Shown here in pieces: positions 1 through 11,774 of a DNA stretch of 64,000 nt. A program made the translations under genes and the position numbers. The notes under the pieces were generated by a model, which worked only from the letters and a program-made list of their open reading frames with translations, had not been told where the DNA came from and made no database searches. Source of the DNA: Acidimicrobiia bacterium. Lineage in GTDB: Bacteria > Actinomycetota > Acidimicrobiia > Spongiisociales > ZC4RG35. The DNA is taken from NCBI GenBank assembly GCA_965203555.1, contig CBDBCY010000004.1, positions 928,001-992,000 on the forward strand, read 5' to 3'. Position 1 is the first letter of the stretch; each line of letters begins with the position of its first letter.

Positions 1-1027
1 TGTCAAGATCGGTGGGGCCTCCGTCCTGCCAATGGACAATGTGATGCGCTTGGCACCAGGAGGCTTTGGCGCCACAACCCACACAGTGCTTGTCTCGGGC
101 GACCAGGGCGGCCCGTTGCGACCCTGAAGCTGTCCGCCGGGCCCGCCCCAAATCCAAGGGTATGGAAGGACCCGAGAAGATGGCGGGAAGGATCTGCGCG
201 TCACATGCCAGGTGTCGCAGGGCGCCGACGGGAAGGGGGGTTCCGTTCTCCAGGCCAGGGTTGCCCAACTGCCCACTGACCGCGTCATAGTCGGCGATCA
301 CCAACAATCTCACGCCCTGGGAACGACCGTTTCCCTCCCGGGTCACCAGTTCGGCCAGGGCGTCAGCCATCCGTTGCCCCGCCGAAGCCCGATCGGTGGG
401 GTCTTCCTTGTGCCACAGTTCGTTCATCATCTGAGACACCGCCGTCTCAACCCGCGCACCCGTAATCGGATCGAAACGCCCGTACAACACAGTCATTCCA
501 TCATCTTGGTCGGTGGTGATCTTTGCGAACCGACGCGACCGCTGATGCTCCAACTTCGACACACCGTCATCCTGGGACCGCTGCTGTTCGTGTTTGCGGA
601 CGGTCCCGGCGAACTTGTCCGGCGACTGGCTTTTGGCATCGTCCAACAGTTCGTCTTCGTTGATGGTCCCCCTCTGGTTGGCGCCCGCCAAGATGCGGGC
701 GTTGTCAGGAGAGATATCTCCTTTTTGGAAACCCTCCCGCGTTTTGGGCAGTTCTTCCAGTTCTCGGGCGGTCTCTACTTCTGCTCGGGCCTTCCGTCGA
801 CCCAGCAGACCCTCTTCTCGTAATACTGTCTCGGCCACCTCCAACCCCGCCCGCCGCCGCAGTTCCGATATGGCTTCGGCACGAATGGCGGCGGCTTGGT
901 TGCGGACGCGGATGGTGGACCGGATCCGCTGCAGCAACTGCTCAGACGAAGCCTCGCCCGCGGGAAGGGTGGGTAACAGCCCACGCATCCGATTGGTGAC
1001 AACGGTGCCCGCGGTTTGCTTGTTCAT
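1..1027 (-). CDS. DUF222 domain / HNH endonuclease (13E12-like), 3' end runs off the window
   Basis: Manual translation from ATG 1027 (MNKQTAGTVV...RDKHCVGCGAKASWCQAHHIVHWQDGGPTDLD) is colinear and largely identical with the 3129..4352 protein. It is missing from the ORF track because no stop lies in the window. Confidence 0.88.
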   Translation of the reverse strand, partial: MNKQTAGTVVTNRMRGLLPTLPAGEASSEQLLQRIRSTIRVRNQAAAIRAEAISELRRRAGLEVAETVLREEGLLGRRKARAEVETARELEELPKTREGFQKGDISPDNARILAGANQRGTINEDELLDDAKSQSPDKFAGTVRKHEQQRSQDDGVSKLEHQRSRRFAKITTDQDDGMTVLYGRFDPITGARVETAVSQMMNELWHKEDPTDRASAGQRMADALAELVTREGNGRSQGVRLLVIADYDAVSGQLGNPGLENGTPLPVGALRHLACDAQILPAIFSGPSIPLDLGRARRTASGSQRAALVARDKHCVGCGAKASWCQAHHIVHWQDGGPTDLD

Positions 1028-1034
1028 GTCTACC

Positions 1035-1097
1035 AGTATGCACAGAGGGTGTGACAAAACATCCTGTATATCACTAAATTGTGAAAACAAACACTAA
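1035..1097 (-). promoter_or_regulatory. Conserved upstream element of DUF222-HNH copy 1: 19-bp block plus TGTCAC-N10-CATACT promoter-like motif
   Basis: The minus strand reads TTAGTGTTTGTTTTCACAA...TGTCAC ACCCTCTGTG CATACT GGTAGAC ATG, the same layout as 3060..3131. Confidence 0.6.
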
Positions 1098-1292
1098 GAG
1101 ATTCCCAGCGCCCGCCGCCCACAGGTCGGCGACGGACAAGAAGACCCCCACCCACCGTCATTGGCAACACCCAGTCGGTTTACGCACCTCTCGATGATGC
1201 GGGTAGGGGGCGGAGCGCCGGGCGCCGCACAACGCCGGTGTTCCGACCCATCCGGTCTCAGCTCCCTGTGCCCGGTTGGGTATTATGGCAGC

Positions 1293-1646
1293 ATGAGCCG
1301 GTCGGTTTCTGTTGCTGTGGACCATGACCCCCTGTTCTCCCAGATTGCCGAGGCTGTCAGACTTCATGCCAAAGGGGTGACAAAAGCACTGTTGTTTGGA
1401 TCCTTCGCCCGCGGAGAAGCCAAGAACGCCAGCGATATTGACATTCTGCTCGTATGGCCCGCCGACGTTGACGAGGACTCCCAGTGGGACGAAGCGATCG
1501 AAATGGCCCACCGCGTTGACAAGATCACCAATAGGGTCTGCCTTCCACTGATGTACACAGAGGACGAGTACCGGCAATTGCCTCAAAGGTATCCTCAACT
1601 GGCGGAGAACATCGCCCGAGATAGCATTGACCTTCTGAAAAGCTGA
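1293..1646 (+). CDS. Minimal nucleotidyltransferase (MNT) antitoxin
   Basis: Pol-beta NTase motif LFGSFARGEAKNASDIDILLV. Start chosen at ATG 1293, preceded by TATTAT-N6 (leaderless). Confidence 0.8.
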   Translation: MSRSVSVAVDHDPLFSQIAEAVRLHAKGVTKALLFGSFARGEAKNASDIDILLVWPADVDEDSQWDEAIEMAHRVDKITNRVCLPLMYTEDEYRQLPQRYPQLAENIARDSIDLLKS

Positions 1647-1651
1647 ACCGC

Positions 1652-2056
1652 ATGAGGCGGGTGCGGACGAAGAGGTGCGAAAGGCGACACTCAGCTGCCA
1701 GGTTGGAACATGCTTTGTCCTTTGCGGCCCTGGCGACTTTGGATCCATTCTCGAATCATGGCGCCACCCGGTCTGCCGCGGTGAGCAATGCAGTGCTCGC
1801 CGGGATAGCCGCTTCGGATGTCATTTGTTGCAGGCTGCTGGGGATGAGGTCCGCAAGTTGGGATCACCGCGATGCTTTGGCGCTATTGGAGTCGGTCCCT
1901 GATATAGGGAAACAAGTTGAAGGGCGGCTCCGGGTTCTCCTCATCATCAAGGACAGAGCCCAATACCAACATGACGATCCGACCGTCTCGGACGCATGAC
2001 GTTCGATCCGGGCTATGAACGCCTTGATCGCAATGGCCGAGGATTGCCTCCATTAG
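1652..2056 (+). pseudogene. HEPN-like partner of MNT, interrupted by TGA at 1997-1999
   Basis: Helical protein with AGIAASDVICCRLLG...DHRDALALL...KDRAQY, adjacent to MNT. The frame continues past the TGA as RSIRAMNALIAMAEDCLH*, which resembles the missing last helix. Confidence 0.6.
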
Positions 2057-2193
2057 CATCCGGTCAGCAGGCGAAGGCGTGTTCCCTGCGGCGCTTAGCG
2101 GTCCATCAAAGGGGTCCACATGTGGAGCGAGCGCGAGTCGCGCCACCGGCTGAACACCATTGAGGCCGTAAAGATACTGTCACATTGAGCAAT

Positions 2194-2427
2194 ATGAAGT
2201 CCATCCTGATACGAGAAGTCCCCGACGAAATCCACCTCCAACTCAAGGACCGGGCCAGAAGCACCGGCAAATCCCTTCAACAGTATCTGCTCGATGAACT
2301 GACCAGACTGGCTGAAAGACCCACCATGGAGGAGATTCTGGAGCGGATCGGAAGCCGCGACCCGGGACGAATCGATATGGAGACCGTCATTCGCGACTTG
2401 GATGAGGTACGCCGCGATCGGACGTGA
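2194..2427 (+). CDS. Ribbon-helix-helix antitoxin (FitA/VapB-like)
   Basis: MKSILIREVPDEIHLQLKDRARSTGKSLQQYL is a typical RHH antitoxin N-terminus; 77 aa. Confidence 0.75.
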   Translation: MKSILIREVPDEIHLQLKDRARSTGKSLQQYLLDELTRLAERPTMEEILERIGSRDPGRIDMETVIRDLDEVRRDRT

Positions 2428-2441
2428 TAGTCGCCGATGCG
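2424..2441 (+). pseudogene. Stub of a PIN/VapC toxin gene (first ~6 codons only)
   Basis: GTGA overlap with the antitoxin stop. It reads MIVADA (PIN proteins start MIVVDAS) and then loses PIN-like character. Confidence 0.4.
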
Positions 2442-3059
2442 TTGAGGACCTTTTGGCCATCCCCGGGGTGTAAACGGAGTCTTGTTTGCCTGTCTGGTTC
2501 GAGGGGAGGCATCTGGGTATTCATCCCGCTGCCTTAAGACACAAAACCGAAGAGGACATCGAGCGAGCGCTTCGCGCAAATTTCAGGGTTGATACCGAAG
2601 GCGCCCACGGGCGACAGGACATCGCGGCAGTGGCCAGCTGGGATATGAGAGGCCTGCCAACTCACCAGATGGACCTCAGCACGACCATGCCCCCACTGCT
2701 GCAGGCCCTTGTGGAGCACTTCGCAGTGGAGTGCTCCTAACACGACGAAATGGATCTCGTTGCCTCGGATTGGTCGAGCCATCACTTCGATGCATACGCC
2801 AGCAGTTGCGTGGCAAGCTTTGTAGCGTCACCGGCGCGGCGTTTGTATTTGCATCCGAGCCTGTACTACGCGAACTCGTTGACCACCCACCCGCGCGGCC
2901 TCTTGGGGCGTGTTCACATTATGTGGGATGCCGGCTGGTGGAGGTGATGTGAGGGAGCAATCTAACCGGCCGGGGGGCCGGTTTCTGTCACCAAGCGATT
3001 GTTGGCTCGGTGTCATTCGGTTGCCGTTTGAGCTGTGAGGTGGACGCTGGTGGAAAGTT

Positions 3060-3122
3060 TTAGTGTTTGTTTTCACAACTTGGTGATATGCGGGGTGTTT
3101 TGTCACACCCCCTTTGCATACT
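3060..3122 (+). promoter_or_regulatory. Conserved upstream element of DUF222-HNH copy 2; RecA-NDp/PafBC-like promoter motif
   Basis: TTAGTGTTTGTTTTCACAA at 3060-3078; TGTCAC (3101-3106)-N10-CATACT (3117-3122)-N6-ATG (3129). Confidence 0.6.
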
Positions 3123-3128
3123 GTAAGC

Positions 3129-4352
3129 ATGAATCAAGCAGTCAACACCCGGCGGTCCGCCAACCTGGCCAAGTTGCTGGCGCCCACCATCCCGGTCGTC
3201 GAGGTTACTTCCGAGCAGTTGCGGCAGCGTATACAGTCCACCATCCGCGTCCAGAACCAAGTGGCGGCGGTCCGCGCTGAGGCGGTGTCGGAGTTGCGCC
3301 GCCGCCAAGGGGCGGAGAAAGTGGAAACGATATTGCGAGAGGACGGTCTGCTGGGCCGTCGGAAGGCACGGTCGGAGGTGGAGACCGCCAAAGAACTGGA
3401 GGAACTGCCCAAAACGAGGGAGGGTTTCCAAAAGGGAGAGATCTCTGCTGACAACGCTCGTATCCTGGCGGGCGCCAACCAGAGGGGAACCATCGTAGAG
3501 GACGAATTGTTGGACGGTGCCCGTTCCCAGTCTCCTGACAAGTTCGCCCGTACGGTACGCAAACACGAACAACAACGCTCGAAGGATGATGGTGTGTCGA
3601 AGTTGGAGCATCAGCGTTCCCGGCGGTTCGCGAAGATCACCACCGACCAAGACGACGGAATGACCGTCCTTTATGGGCGTTTCGACCCGGTCACAGGCGC
3701 CCGGGTCGAAACGGCGGTGTCTCACATGATGAACCAACTCTGGCACAAAGAAGACCCCGCGAATCGGGCTACTGCGGGACAGCGGATGGTCGACGCCATA
3801 GCCGAACTGGTCACCCGCCAAGGAAAAGACGGTCAGTCTCAGGGGGTGAGGTTGTTGTTGATCGCCGATTATGACGCGGTCAGTGGACAGTTGGGCAACC
3901 CTCGCCTGGAGAACGGAACACCTTTCCCCGCGAAGACGCTACGCCAGTTGGCCTGCGACGCGCAAGTCCTCCCGGCGATCTTCTCGGGACCGTCGGTGCC
4001 GTTGGATTTGGGACGGGCCCGGCGGACGGCCAGCGGTTCCCAACGGGCCGCGCTGGTCGCCCGGGACAAACACTGCATCGGTTGCGGTACCAAGGCCTCC
4101 TGGTGCCAGGCGCATCACATTGTCCACTGGCAAGACGGGGGTGCCACGACCCTGGACAACATGTGTCTTTTGTGCAGCAGATGCCACCACAAAGTACACG
4201 ACAATGACTGGACCGTACACAAAACACCCACTGGAACATACACCCTCCGCAGACCACCAACCACCGACTGGAACCCACGTCGCCGTAACCCCAACCGCTA
4301 CAACCGCCCACCCGTCCGCAGACGCCGCCGCCCCGTCAAACAAAGAAAATGA
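3129..4352 (+). CDS. DUF222 domain / HNH endonuclease (13E12-like)
   Basis: LACDA...PLDLGRARRTASGSQRAALVARDKHCIGCG...CQAHHIVHWQDGGATTLDNMCLLCSRCHHKVH (Zn-finger HNH) and an Arg-rich tail. Confidence 0.92.
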   Translation: MNQAVNTRRSANLAKLLAPTIPVVEVTSEQLRQRIQSTIRVQNQVAAVRAEAVSELRRRQGAEKVETILREDGLLGRRKARSEVETAKELEELPKTREGFQKGEISADNARILAGANQRGTIVEDELLDGARSQSPDKFARTVRKHEQQRSKDDGVSKLEHQRSRRFAKITTDQDDGMTVLYGRFDPVTGARVETAVSHMMNQLWHKEDPANRATAGQRMVDAIAELVTRQGKDGQSQGVRLLLIADYDAVSGQLGNPRLENGTPFPAKTLRQLACDAQVLPAIFSGPSVPLDLGRARRTASGSQRAALVARDKHCIGCGTKASWCQAHHIVHWQDGGATTLDNMCLLCSRCHHKVHDNDWTVHKTPTGTYTLRRPPTTDWNPRRRNPNRYNRPPVRRRRRPVKQRK

Positions 4353-4475
4353 AGAAATCCGCCACCCAAGAGCGTCAACACATCCCAGTAGCTTCTGTCA
4401 AACGCCGCGTGGTGGAGGGAGATGTCCGCCGCTACCAACTCGACAATGATTGGCCCGCATCCGTACCCTTTTCGA

Positions 4476-4680
4476 CGCGCCAGTCGCCACCAGCACGCTG
4501 GACGCATTTACAGAAACGACATCTCCCTGTTCCAAAGAGACCCCGACATCCCGTTTGCGATTATGGCGGGTCTCAATTAACATTGGGTACCAGCCTGTCG
4601 GTCCGGCTAGTAGGCGTTGGCCGAATGCAGCCGCCATACCGCGGCGACGGGACCCCGGAACGCACGGGGTCCCTTTTTTT
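4476..4680 (+). ncRNA. Candidate structured RNA (attenuator/riboswitch-like leader of iscS, or a standalone sRNA)
   Basis: Several complementary segments: GAGACCC 4537-43 / GGGTCTC 4568-74; TATGGCGG 4562-69 / CCGCCATA 4631-38; TCCCGT 4549-54 / ACGGGA 4647-52. It ends in a terminator and has a possible -10 TACCCT at 4464-69. Family not recognised. Confidence 0.45.
4649..4680 (+). terminator. Rho-independent terminator
   Basis: Perfect 9-bp stem GGGACCCCG / CGGGGTCCC, 7-nt loop, followed by T7. Confidence 0.85.
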
Positions 4681-4738
4681 GTGGACAAACCGGGCCAGAA
4701 TAAGGCCGATAGACCGATAATTTGGTGTAACAGGTTCC

Positions 4739-5868
4739 ATGCTTTACCTCGACCATGCCGCCACCACTCCGATTCGTCCCCAGGTGTGGGAGGCGATGTC
4801 GGATCTGGTCGATCGCGGGTGGGGCAACCCGACCGGATTCCATGCCTCGGCTCGGGCGGCCAAGAATGCGCTGGAGGAAGCGCGGGAGAGGGTGGCGGAG
4901 GTGTTGGGATGCCGTCCTTTGGAGGTGGTGTTCACCAGCGGCGGCACCGAGTCGGACAATCTGGCGATCAAGGGAGCGGCGCTTGCGGGAAGTGGACGGG
5001 GAGGGGTGGTCACTTCCGCTGTCGAGCACGAGGCGGTGCTGAACGCGGCTCGCTTCTTGGAGGAATGGGGCTGTCCGGTAACGGTCGTCAGCGTGGATTC
5101 CGATGGCTTGGTGGATCCCTCAGAAATAGCGGAGGCCGTGACTCCGGGGACCGCAGTCGTCTCCGTCATGGCTGCGAACAACGAGACTGGCGCCGGCCAG
5201 CCGATACGGAAGATCGTCGAAGCGGTGCGGGACCGGACAGGGCTAAATGCCCTGGTCCACACCGACGCCGTACAATCATTCGTTTCCGATGACCTCAGAG
5301 TGGATGAACTGGGAGTGGACCTCTTGACCCTGGCGGGCCACAAATTCGGTGGACCGACGGGGGTAGGCGTTCTGTATGTGCGGGAGGGAGTCACTCTGGA
5401 ACCGGTATCGCATGGAGGAGGGCAGGAGTTGGGCCGGCGTTCCGGCACTCACCATGTCCTGGGAGCGGTGGGCATGGCCATGGCCATGGAACTGGCAGCT
5501 TCGGACCGGGCCCGTTTCAACAGGGACGTGAGGGAAGCCCGGCGCAGGTTCGAGACGGCTCTGAGCGAGAGAGTTCCCCGATTGCTGGTCACCTCGCACT
5601 CCGCCCGCACCGTTCATCACTCCCACCTGCGATTTCCGGGAGTCGCCAACCAGACCCTCCTTGTCCGTCTTGACCGGTTGGGCCTGGCTGCCTCGGCCGG
5701 GTCGTCCTGCCAGTCCGGGGCGGCGAAAGTGTCCCATGTCCTTTCGGCAATGGGCATCTGCGACACCGAAGCCCGTTCCAGCGTCCGATTCTCGTTCGGA
5801 TGGACCACTCGTGCCTCCGACGGCGACCGTGCTGCGGATCTGGTCCTGCAGGCATTGGAGGGTTTGTT

Positions 5869-5872
<4 letters not shown>
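4739..5872 (+). CDS. iscS: Cysteine desulfurase (IscS/NifS type)
   Basis: YLDHAATTP, FTSGGTESDN, HTDAVQ, GHKFGGP (PLP Lys), SAGSSC (catalytic Cys); directly upstream of mnmA. Confidence 0.93.
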
Positions 5873-8972
<3,100 letters not shown>

Positions 8973-9039
8973 AGTCTGTCGGCCAACCGACCCGCCTCTT
9001 CGCAGAGCAGAATCCCCGGCAAAGGGGTATGATTCAGGC

Positions 9040-11505
9040 ATGGCGCGTCCCGAACACCTCCGTCAGACTTTGGGGAACAGGATGGGGAAACGGAGAGGGC
9101 AGCACCGAATCGTCATCTCCGCAATCCTGCTGCTGGTGTTGTTCGCCGCCGCCTGCGGGGGCGACGATGTGGCCTCCTGGGACTCGGAGAGCGCCGTGAC
9201 TGGGGCGCCGGCCACGACCGCGGCGGCGCGTCCGGAGGCGACGATTGCTGCCTCCGCCTCCGCAACCCCGGAGGCGACAATGGCGGACGTGGCCGAGGAG
9301 CAGGCCATGGCGGCGCTGGATGAGGTCCAGATGGCTCTGGCGGAGGATGAACCGGCAGCAGTGGAAGCAGCCGAATCGGCGGCAATGGCAGCAGAGTCAG
9401 CGGAAGCAGAGATGGCGCTCGATGAAGCCATGGCCGAGGAGGCGCCGGCCGAAGGGGAGGCGGAGGCCGATGTCAGTTCCGTTGACGACAGCACCTCCGC
9501 AGCCAGAGTGGTAGAGTTGTCGACCGCCAACTCCCCGGCCGCCTTCGGGCGCGATGTCATCTATCGGGCCCGGGTTTCCGTGGAGGCGCCGGATGTGGCG
9601 GCCGCCACCAACGAGGCCATCTCCATCGTCCAGGGTCTGGGCGGGTTCGTGTTCGGTCAGCAGACGCGCTCCAGGCCGTCGGCCTACTCGGAGATCGTCT
9701 TCAAGGTGCTGCCGGAGGACTTCTCCGTGGCGCTGTCAAGGCTATCCCAGATAGGTGAACTGGTGGACCAGCAGATCAGCGCCGACGACGTGACCGAACG
9801 CATCGTCGACCTCCAAAGCCAGATCATCACCGCCGAAGCCAGCGTGGGCCGCCTGCGCAGCTTCCTGGAGACCGCCACCAACCTGGAAAACCTGGCCTTC
9901 TACGAGCGAGAACTGCTGATCAGGGAAACCGACCTGGAGAGGCTGCGAGGCCAGGTGCGCACCTTGCAGGATCAGGTTGCCCTGGCCACTATCACCCTGG
10001 CGATCAGCCAGTTGCCCGAGCGCCCCGTCATTCTTCCCAACACCGGGCTCGTGGTCACGGCCTGGGCTTCCACCGGCAACGAGGATCCCTGTCTGGGCGC
10101 CAAGGACCTCACGGTGGGACGTGACGACACGGTCAACTTCTGCGTGGAAGTGGCCAACGTGGGAGAGGTCACGCTCAACGACGTGGAACTCTCCTCGGAC
10201 GTCCTGCCCCTGGACGCCAACCCCTTCGTGATCGAACGAGGAAGCTTCGAGCGGATCGAGCCCGGGCAGTTCCTCACCGCCACGCTCACCGAGGAGGTGG
10301 TTAAGGGTCGCCTCGCCGATCGAATAGCGACCCGCGGCCTACCGGTACGCATCGAGTCCACCGCTTCTCCGGAGGGGGTGGAAGGCACTCCGGGAGTTAT
10401 CTCCGACACAACCCGAGTGGTCGTCACCGCCCAGGAGGTGATCCCCCACACCGCAGTCCTGGTTCATGCCTGGGTCTCCACCGACGATGACGACCCCTGC
10501 CTGGGCGCCAAGACCATCACGGTCGAGCCGGACGACGGGATCGTGAACCTCTGTGTGTTCGTGGGCAACCCCGGCGACGTCGCCATCACGGATGTACAAA
10601 TCCAATCCCCGGCCCTGGACCTGGACGCCAACCCGCTGGTCATCGAACACGGCAGTTTCGAGCGGATAGAAGCCAGGCAATTCCTCACCGCCACCCTCAC
10701 CGAGCGTGTCTCCAAGGGACGATTCAACGGACGGGTGGCCACCAGGGGTCTGGACATAGAGATCAGGTCGGTGGCAACTCCCGTGGACGCCGACGGCACC
10801 CCCCTGGAGAAGGTCGCCGACACCACCGGAGTCTCACTGACCGCCCAAGAAGTGCTTCCCGACACCCGCATGGTGGTATCAGCATGGGCCTCCGCCGGCA
10901 ATGACGACCCCTGCCTGGGATCGCAGACCATCTCTCTGGCGTCCGACGAGGACAAGGTGAACTTCTGTCTGGAGATAGGCAACCTGGGCGACACCGCTCT
11001 CACCGACATCAGGATCGGATCTCACAGCCTCCGTCTGGGCGAGAACCCCTTCGTACCCGAACACGGAGACTTCGATCGCATCGAGCCCGGGCAGTTCCTC
11101 ACCGCCACCCTCACCGAGTCCGTCGAGAACGGTCGCATGGCCGGTCGGCTCGCCATCCGCGGCATCAATGTGGCGGTCGAAGTCACGGCCACCCCGGTGG
11201 ACACCGAAGGCGCCGTCCTGGAAGACACTTCCGCCTTTGCCCCCGTCTCGGTGGATGTGCTGACCGGCCCACCGGACGATGGGCCACCTTCCGGGTTCGG
11301 TGACGCCCTCGGCGCCAGCATGGACGCGCTGGTTTCAGTTCTGGGTGGTCTGGCAGTGGTGGTCGGGGCTTTGATCCCGTTTTCGCCGTTCATCGCCCTG
11401 CTGCTGGCCATCTGGTGGTGGGTACGCCGACGCCAGGGCCGCAACCAGGCTTCCGGCCCACCGGCGCCAGCGGATTCGGCGCCTTCTTCCCCGGTTGACG
11501 AATAG
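9040..11505 (+). CDS. DUF4349-domain lipoprotein with three inserted ~137-aa repeats and a C-terminal TM anchor
   Basis: Lipobox FAAA-C; DUF4349-like core (DDVTERIVDL...ERLRGQVRTLQDQVALATITLAI); C-terminal hydrophobic helix ending WWWVRRR; TATGAT-N6-ATG start. Confidence 0.75.
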   Translation: MARPEHLRQTLGNRMGKRRGQHRIVISAILLLVLFAAACGGDDVASWDSESAVTGAPATTAAARPEATIAASASATPEATMADVAEEQAMAALDEVQMALAEDEPAAVEAAESAAMAAESAEAEMALDEAMAEEAPAEGEAEADVSSVDDSTSAARVVELSTANSPAAFGRDVIYRARVSVEAPDVAAATNEAISIVQGLGGFVFGQQTRSRPSAYSEIVFKVLPEDFSVALSRLSQIGELVDQQISADDVTERIVDLQSQIITAEASVGRLRSFLETATNLENLAFYERELLIRETDLERLRGQVRTLQDQVALATITLAISQLPERPVILPNTGLVVTAWASTGNEDPCLGAKDLTVGRDDTVNFCVEVANVGEVTLNDVELSSDVLPLDANPFVIERGSFERIEPGQFLTATLTEEVVKGRLADRIATRGLPVRIESTASPEGVEGTPGVISDTTRVVVTAQEVIPHTAVLVHAWVSTDDDDPCLGAKTITVEPDDGIVNLCVFVGNPGDVAITDVQIQSPALDLDANPLVIEHGSFERIEARQFLTATLTERVSKGRFNGRVATRGLDIEIRSVATPVDADGTPLEKVADTTGVSLTAQEVLPDTRMVVSAWASAGNDDPCLGSQTISLASDEDKVNFCLEIGNLGDTALTDIRIGSHSLRLGENPFVPEHGDFDRIEPGQFLTATLTESVENGRMAGRLAIRGINVAVEVTATPVDTEGAVLEDTSAFAPVSVDVLTGPPDDGPPSGFGDALGASMDALVSVLGGLAVVVGALIPFSPFIALLLAIWWWVRRRQGRNQASGPPAPADSAPSSPVDE
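10036..11262 (+). repeat. Three tandem intragenic domain repeats (~410 bp period)
   Basis: Each unit reads AWxSxxxxDPCLG...VNFC/VNLC...N.G...L/I.D...NPFV/NPLV.E.G.F.RIEPGQFLTATLTE...GR.A.RG; units start near 10036, 10444 and 10858. Confidence 0.9.
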
Positions 11506-11774
11506 GAAACCCCGGGGGAGGTTCCACCCTCAATAACCGATCCGGTCATTTCCGAGAGCCTTGTCCCTCGGCCGGACAGAACAGGATGGCTCGGCGTTCT
11601 TCGATAACACCCGACTCGACCCTGGACAGCATCTTCTCGTAACGGAAGACTGCCAGCGGAGAGACCGTTTTCCACCTTGGAGAACCCACAGAAATATCCC
11701 CCTCACATATACGGCCAACCTCCCTATAAAATTGTTGGCGCCGGGGGTCGTCTCCCTGGTAGAGAGGCAGATGA

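Noticed and set aside
2486-2952. Short ORFs inside the HNH-bracketed cassette and an IS-end-like GGGCGTGTTCACA near 2906
   Set aside because: No recognisable family, no partner IR and no transposase; probably decayed sequence.
4476-4680. SAM-IV riboswitch, SRP RNA or tRNA upstream of the cysteine desulfurase
   Set aside because: The expected hallmarks (GGCAACC core of SAM-IV, CAGG...GGAAGCAGC of SRP, a cloverleaf with TTCGA) are not visible, so it is kept as an unassigned RNA candidate.
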